From the NCBI GenBank assembly GCA_017499595.2, contig CM039008.1, positions 2,728,001-2,792,000 on the forward strand: a stretch of 64,000 nt of DNA. Reading direction: 5' to 3'. Below the pieces are notes generated by a model that worked only from the letters and a program-made list of their open reading frames with translations, ran no database searches and had not been told where the DNA came from. Below are positions 60,901-64,000 of this stretch, in pieces. The stretch is from Psilocybe cubensis (lineage: Eukaryota). A program made the translations under genes and the position numbers. Within the stretch, counting starts at the first letter, position 1; each line of letters begins with the position of its first letter.

Positions 60901-61645
60901 AGTATAATGGGTAAGGCTAGTATAATGGGATTGCTCTAAAACCAAATAATATTGTATTTATTGTCATCCAGTAATTCTAAAAGGGAGTATTGGTGAGTAA
61001 ATTGTCCATTAACAAGGAGAACGGGAGTATGAGGAGCATTGATTGAGCGATGAAAACGGGAGGTGAGATGTGACTGATGTGACAACAGGGGCTGTCCGCA
61101 TCTTTACTGATGCAATTGCACCAGATGTTATGGAGAGCGATTTGCAACGGTTTTCGTCAGAATTTTTGACTCCGCTTTCATTCTCCGCCGGAGCTCTCCC
61201 GAACATCTGGAGCCGAGATTAGCCAAAAGCCTGGATTGACAGGCTTTTTGACAGCAACTGAAATTTAAACACCGACCTTGAGCTGATCGATCGCCGGCCA
61301 ATCAAAACAGCGATTCTCGCGCATGTGAACGGCCAAAATCGCTCATTCAATCGCCGATCAAACCTTGCCGATTGATCGCCGGCTCATTAAGCATTTCACG
61401 ATTTCGGATATACGTCAAGTTCGATATAAAAACAATTCCTCCAAGGGAGGACTCGTAATACATCACCACCCCTTCAAAAAATTAGTGCTCACCGTAATCA
61501 ATAAGAACGATAGTTTGTGCTGCCACTTAACAGGATACGTCAGCATGAATCAGTAGAAGACGCAGATAAAGAACGTACACTGTGCATACTGCGTGACTCA
61601 AACGTCCTTGTATAAAACATCTAGGACTTGTTGCACCACGGCCAT
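57947..61645 (-). pseudogene. Inverted DUF6533-type paralog with a nonsense codon and an intronic insertion
   Basis: Exon 1 MAVVQQVLDVLYKDV*VTQYAQ (TGA at 61598-61600 where the paralog has CGA), then AAQTIVLIDY, ALTFDEE, VEFIW, YFDWQAWS, ILQIRLYAMY, FWIPILCFEALL, SARLILGIR. Intron 2 is about 1.6 kb. Confidence 0.8.
59922..61455. mobile_element. Degenerate non-autonomous TIR element with TA target site (Tc1/mariner-like ends)
   Basis: TA|CGAGTCCT ... AGGACTCG|TA. Internal imperfect inverted repeat about 60420-60520 vs 61090-61190 (TCTGGTGCAATTGCATCAGTAAAGATGCGGACA). Removal leaves an intron of about 90 nt, similar to the paralog's. Confidence 0.6.
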
Positions 61646-62790
61646 TGAGTTTGACGGTGTCTTGTTAATCCGATACGAGGTTGAGGAGGACTCATTTTCT
61701 ATGCGGATATATAGATAAAGAAGTATACCAAGTGCTCTGTGTATTTTTGGACAATCACATCCCGTTCGACGGCTGATCATTCAGAACTCGTCTCATAATC
61801 TACTGTGTCAGTGTACTTACCTGACTTGACTTGACTTGACTTGACTTGAACTTGACTTGAATTTGAATTTGAACTTGACTGATCACCTGCAAAGCATCAC
61901 GCATTGAAAGGTGATATGTTCAATCAACAAACAAACGAGAAGTCAAGTTGATGTTTCCCGTTCCCACTTTTTACCATCCAGCAGGCAAATTTCCTAAATT
62001 AGCAACAAAGTGGATAAAGGAAGACACTAACGTGCAAAGCTTGATTTCAAGAAGACTCTGTAGATCAATATCATCCCGAGGGTGTCTGTCTTGATATCAA
62101 ACCTAATTCAAAAATACACAGTTATCTGAGTATGTTAGACAACTCCGGTAGCCTGAGGAAGAATATACATCTGTTCACGCTGATGGCCTTATCATATGTG
62201 TATTTATGCATGATTAGAGGAGACGGTGTTTAATATACCATTGGCAAAACGGATTACCACCAACAATTGACTGTCTCAAAGGACAGATATCTTCTCACTA
62301 TGTTTGATAAGGAAGATATAGCCGACTCCTGAACGTGAAATCTGACGGCCCCACTCATATTATTTGCTTTTTTTTACCTTCATTTCTTCCCTGGCACATA
62401 TTAATTTTTATAAAGGATATAGATGCAGTATTAAAACGAAATACCAGACGGTCAGAGAGCATTCCATAGGTTTTTAACCAAGTTGTTTTTCTTGAATGAC
62501 CCAGGCTGTCGATCAAAGTTTCTCTGATTCCAGTGCCAATTTTATTCCTGGATGCACACATGAGGCCGTCTAGATGACTCATCACTATGTTACTATTAGG
62601 CTGCTTTAGGGATAAGATAACTTGCCTCTTGTGTAGGAAGCCAATGAGTGATAACTGAAAATGGTTCTCAGTATGCGTGAAACCATACAAACCGAGTTAT
62701 CCAGTCAGATGAGATATCTGTGAGAAGATACGCAAGTAAACCGTTGTTCACAGAGTACTTGATGTGCCTTAGGCTTGCCCAGGCTCTTTC

Positions 62791-63263
62791 AGGCCCCGGA
62801 AAGCTCCCCTACAGGCGTATCCCCGCCGGACCCAAAATATTTGTCTGAAATCCGCGAGATTTTGGGTCTCCAATCCGTGAAACCGGACAGTCATTTTGCC
62901 AAGACCTTCCCATTTGGGTCATTCTTCTCACCCTTGGACGGAGTTAAAGGAGCAAAAAAAAGGCGCAAAAAATTCTACAGCTTTTTTCAAGCAGTCTTTT
63001 TCACAGTTCTTCTGTTTTTGGCAGTCAGAAAGCGTTTATGTCCTCACAAGGAAACTAATTTTTGTCCATATTTGGCAGCGCGCCCTATTTGCCGGCCAGA
63101 CTAGCTGCCCATGCAGATTCTTCTCCTCAAATCCGCAGTGCCCCGGTCAAAGGTAGGCCTCCGGACCTCTCAAATCCGCAAAAAACAGACAGTAAAATGC
63201 TATTTTTTCAGGTCTCAAATCCGCGAAAAGTCGATATGCCCCTAGGGGAGCTTCCCGGGGCCT
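62791..63263. mobile_element. MITE, 473 bp
   Basis: About 30-bp imperfect TIRs (AGGCCCCGGAAAGCTCCCCTA... / ...TAGGGGAGCTTCCCGGGGCCT); 8-bp TSD with one mismatch (GCTCTTTC / GCTCCTTC); internal AAATCCGC repeats. Confidence 0.75.
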
Positions 63264-63693
63264 GCTCCTTCAGTTTGGATCTTGAGCGTGATCGGCGTGT
63301 CGAATCACGTGACTTTGAACGCGTCCTGCTTGACTTGTTCGAATAGGCAAGCACGCCAAGAGCATGGTCCCGATGAAATGGATCCAATGCTTGTGGGCAC
63401 AAAGAAGGCCCATACTAAATCAAATTCAAACCTTTCAGCAAGTCCTAAAGAGAAGGAGAGCTGGGTAAGACCAGAGCACCTGGTTAGTAACATGGAGATT
63501 GGGACGAGACTGAGCCCAATCCAACCTGCTATACCAGGTGCTAAAAAGGGAGCAGTGGGTGGGAAATGAAAACTAAAGCCTAGAACGCGATTGGGATCAG
63601 AAAATCACACACAAAAGACAATCACTCTTTTGTGGATGTGCCTTAGGTACAGTCAACCTTGTTTGTATCTCTTATGATTGCAAGGCTACGGTT

Positions 63694-64000
63694 TATTGAC
63701 ATAAACGAACAGTGAGCTCAGGCGGATACAAGAAGTAAACGACTGTATATTCATGTACCTATTGACATGAATGAACAGTGAGCTATATAGGTACATGATA
63801 GTAAGAATAAATGAATATAAATGTTATAGAAACAACACTGCTAACCTCAGGCGGATACGAGAAGTAAACAACTGAGGTATATCCGTGTACGAAATGGGAA
63901 GAGTAAGCACATTGCGGAATAAACCGCAATGTATGGCTTGAGCTGTATAGTACCAAGTAAAAGACATGTGTACACATGGCAGAAGAAATAATAATCAATG
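63694..64000 (-). mobile_element. LTR of a diverged copia A-related family, running off the right edge (3' LTR or solo LTR)
   Basis: Colinear with the copia A LTR (TATTG start, GAGCTCAG.CGGATAC, GTACCTATTG, GCTAACCTCAG, CACATTGCGG...CCGCAATGT). No PBS on its left side. Confidence 0.85.

Overview
Intron-rich fungal DNA; the gene families and 50-60 nt GT-AG introns point to a basidiomycete, probably an agaric. Left half (1-29 kb): a CxC5/CxC6 KDZ-type transposase, a CE5-CBM1 acetylxylan esterase, a small secreted Cys-rich protein, and a redox-gene island. The island is centred on a divergent pair: a LodB/GoxB-like flavoprotein and a LodA/GoxA-like CTQ amino-acid oxidase fused in-frame to a VioB-type ferritin-like domain. 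Around the pair are an SDR, an FMN split-barrel protein, an old yellow enzyme, a HET-domain gene, three SDR paralogs and an intronless orphan. Right half (29-64 kb): a transposon nest. It holds a self-priming Ty3/Gypsy chromovirus split by a long-TIR foldback element, and a Ty1/copia element containing a second copia. After these come an inverted pair of DUF6533-type membrane-protein genes around a low-complexity gene, two small TIR elements and a further copia LTR. The two strongest leads are (i) the LodA-ferritin fusion with its LodB partner and (ii) copia LTRs that carry an unspliced and a spliced copy of the same leader, which would let introns survive retrotransposition. All gene models, alignments and family calls were made by eye from motifs; no database search was run.
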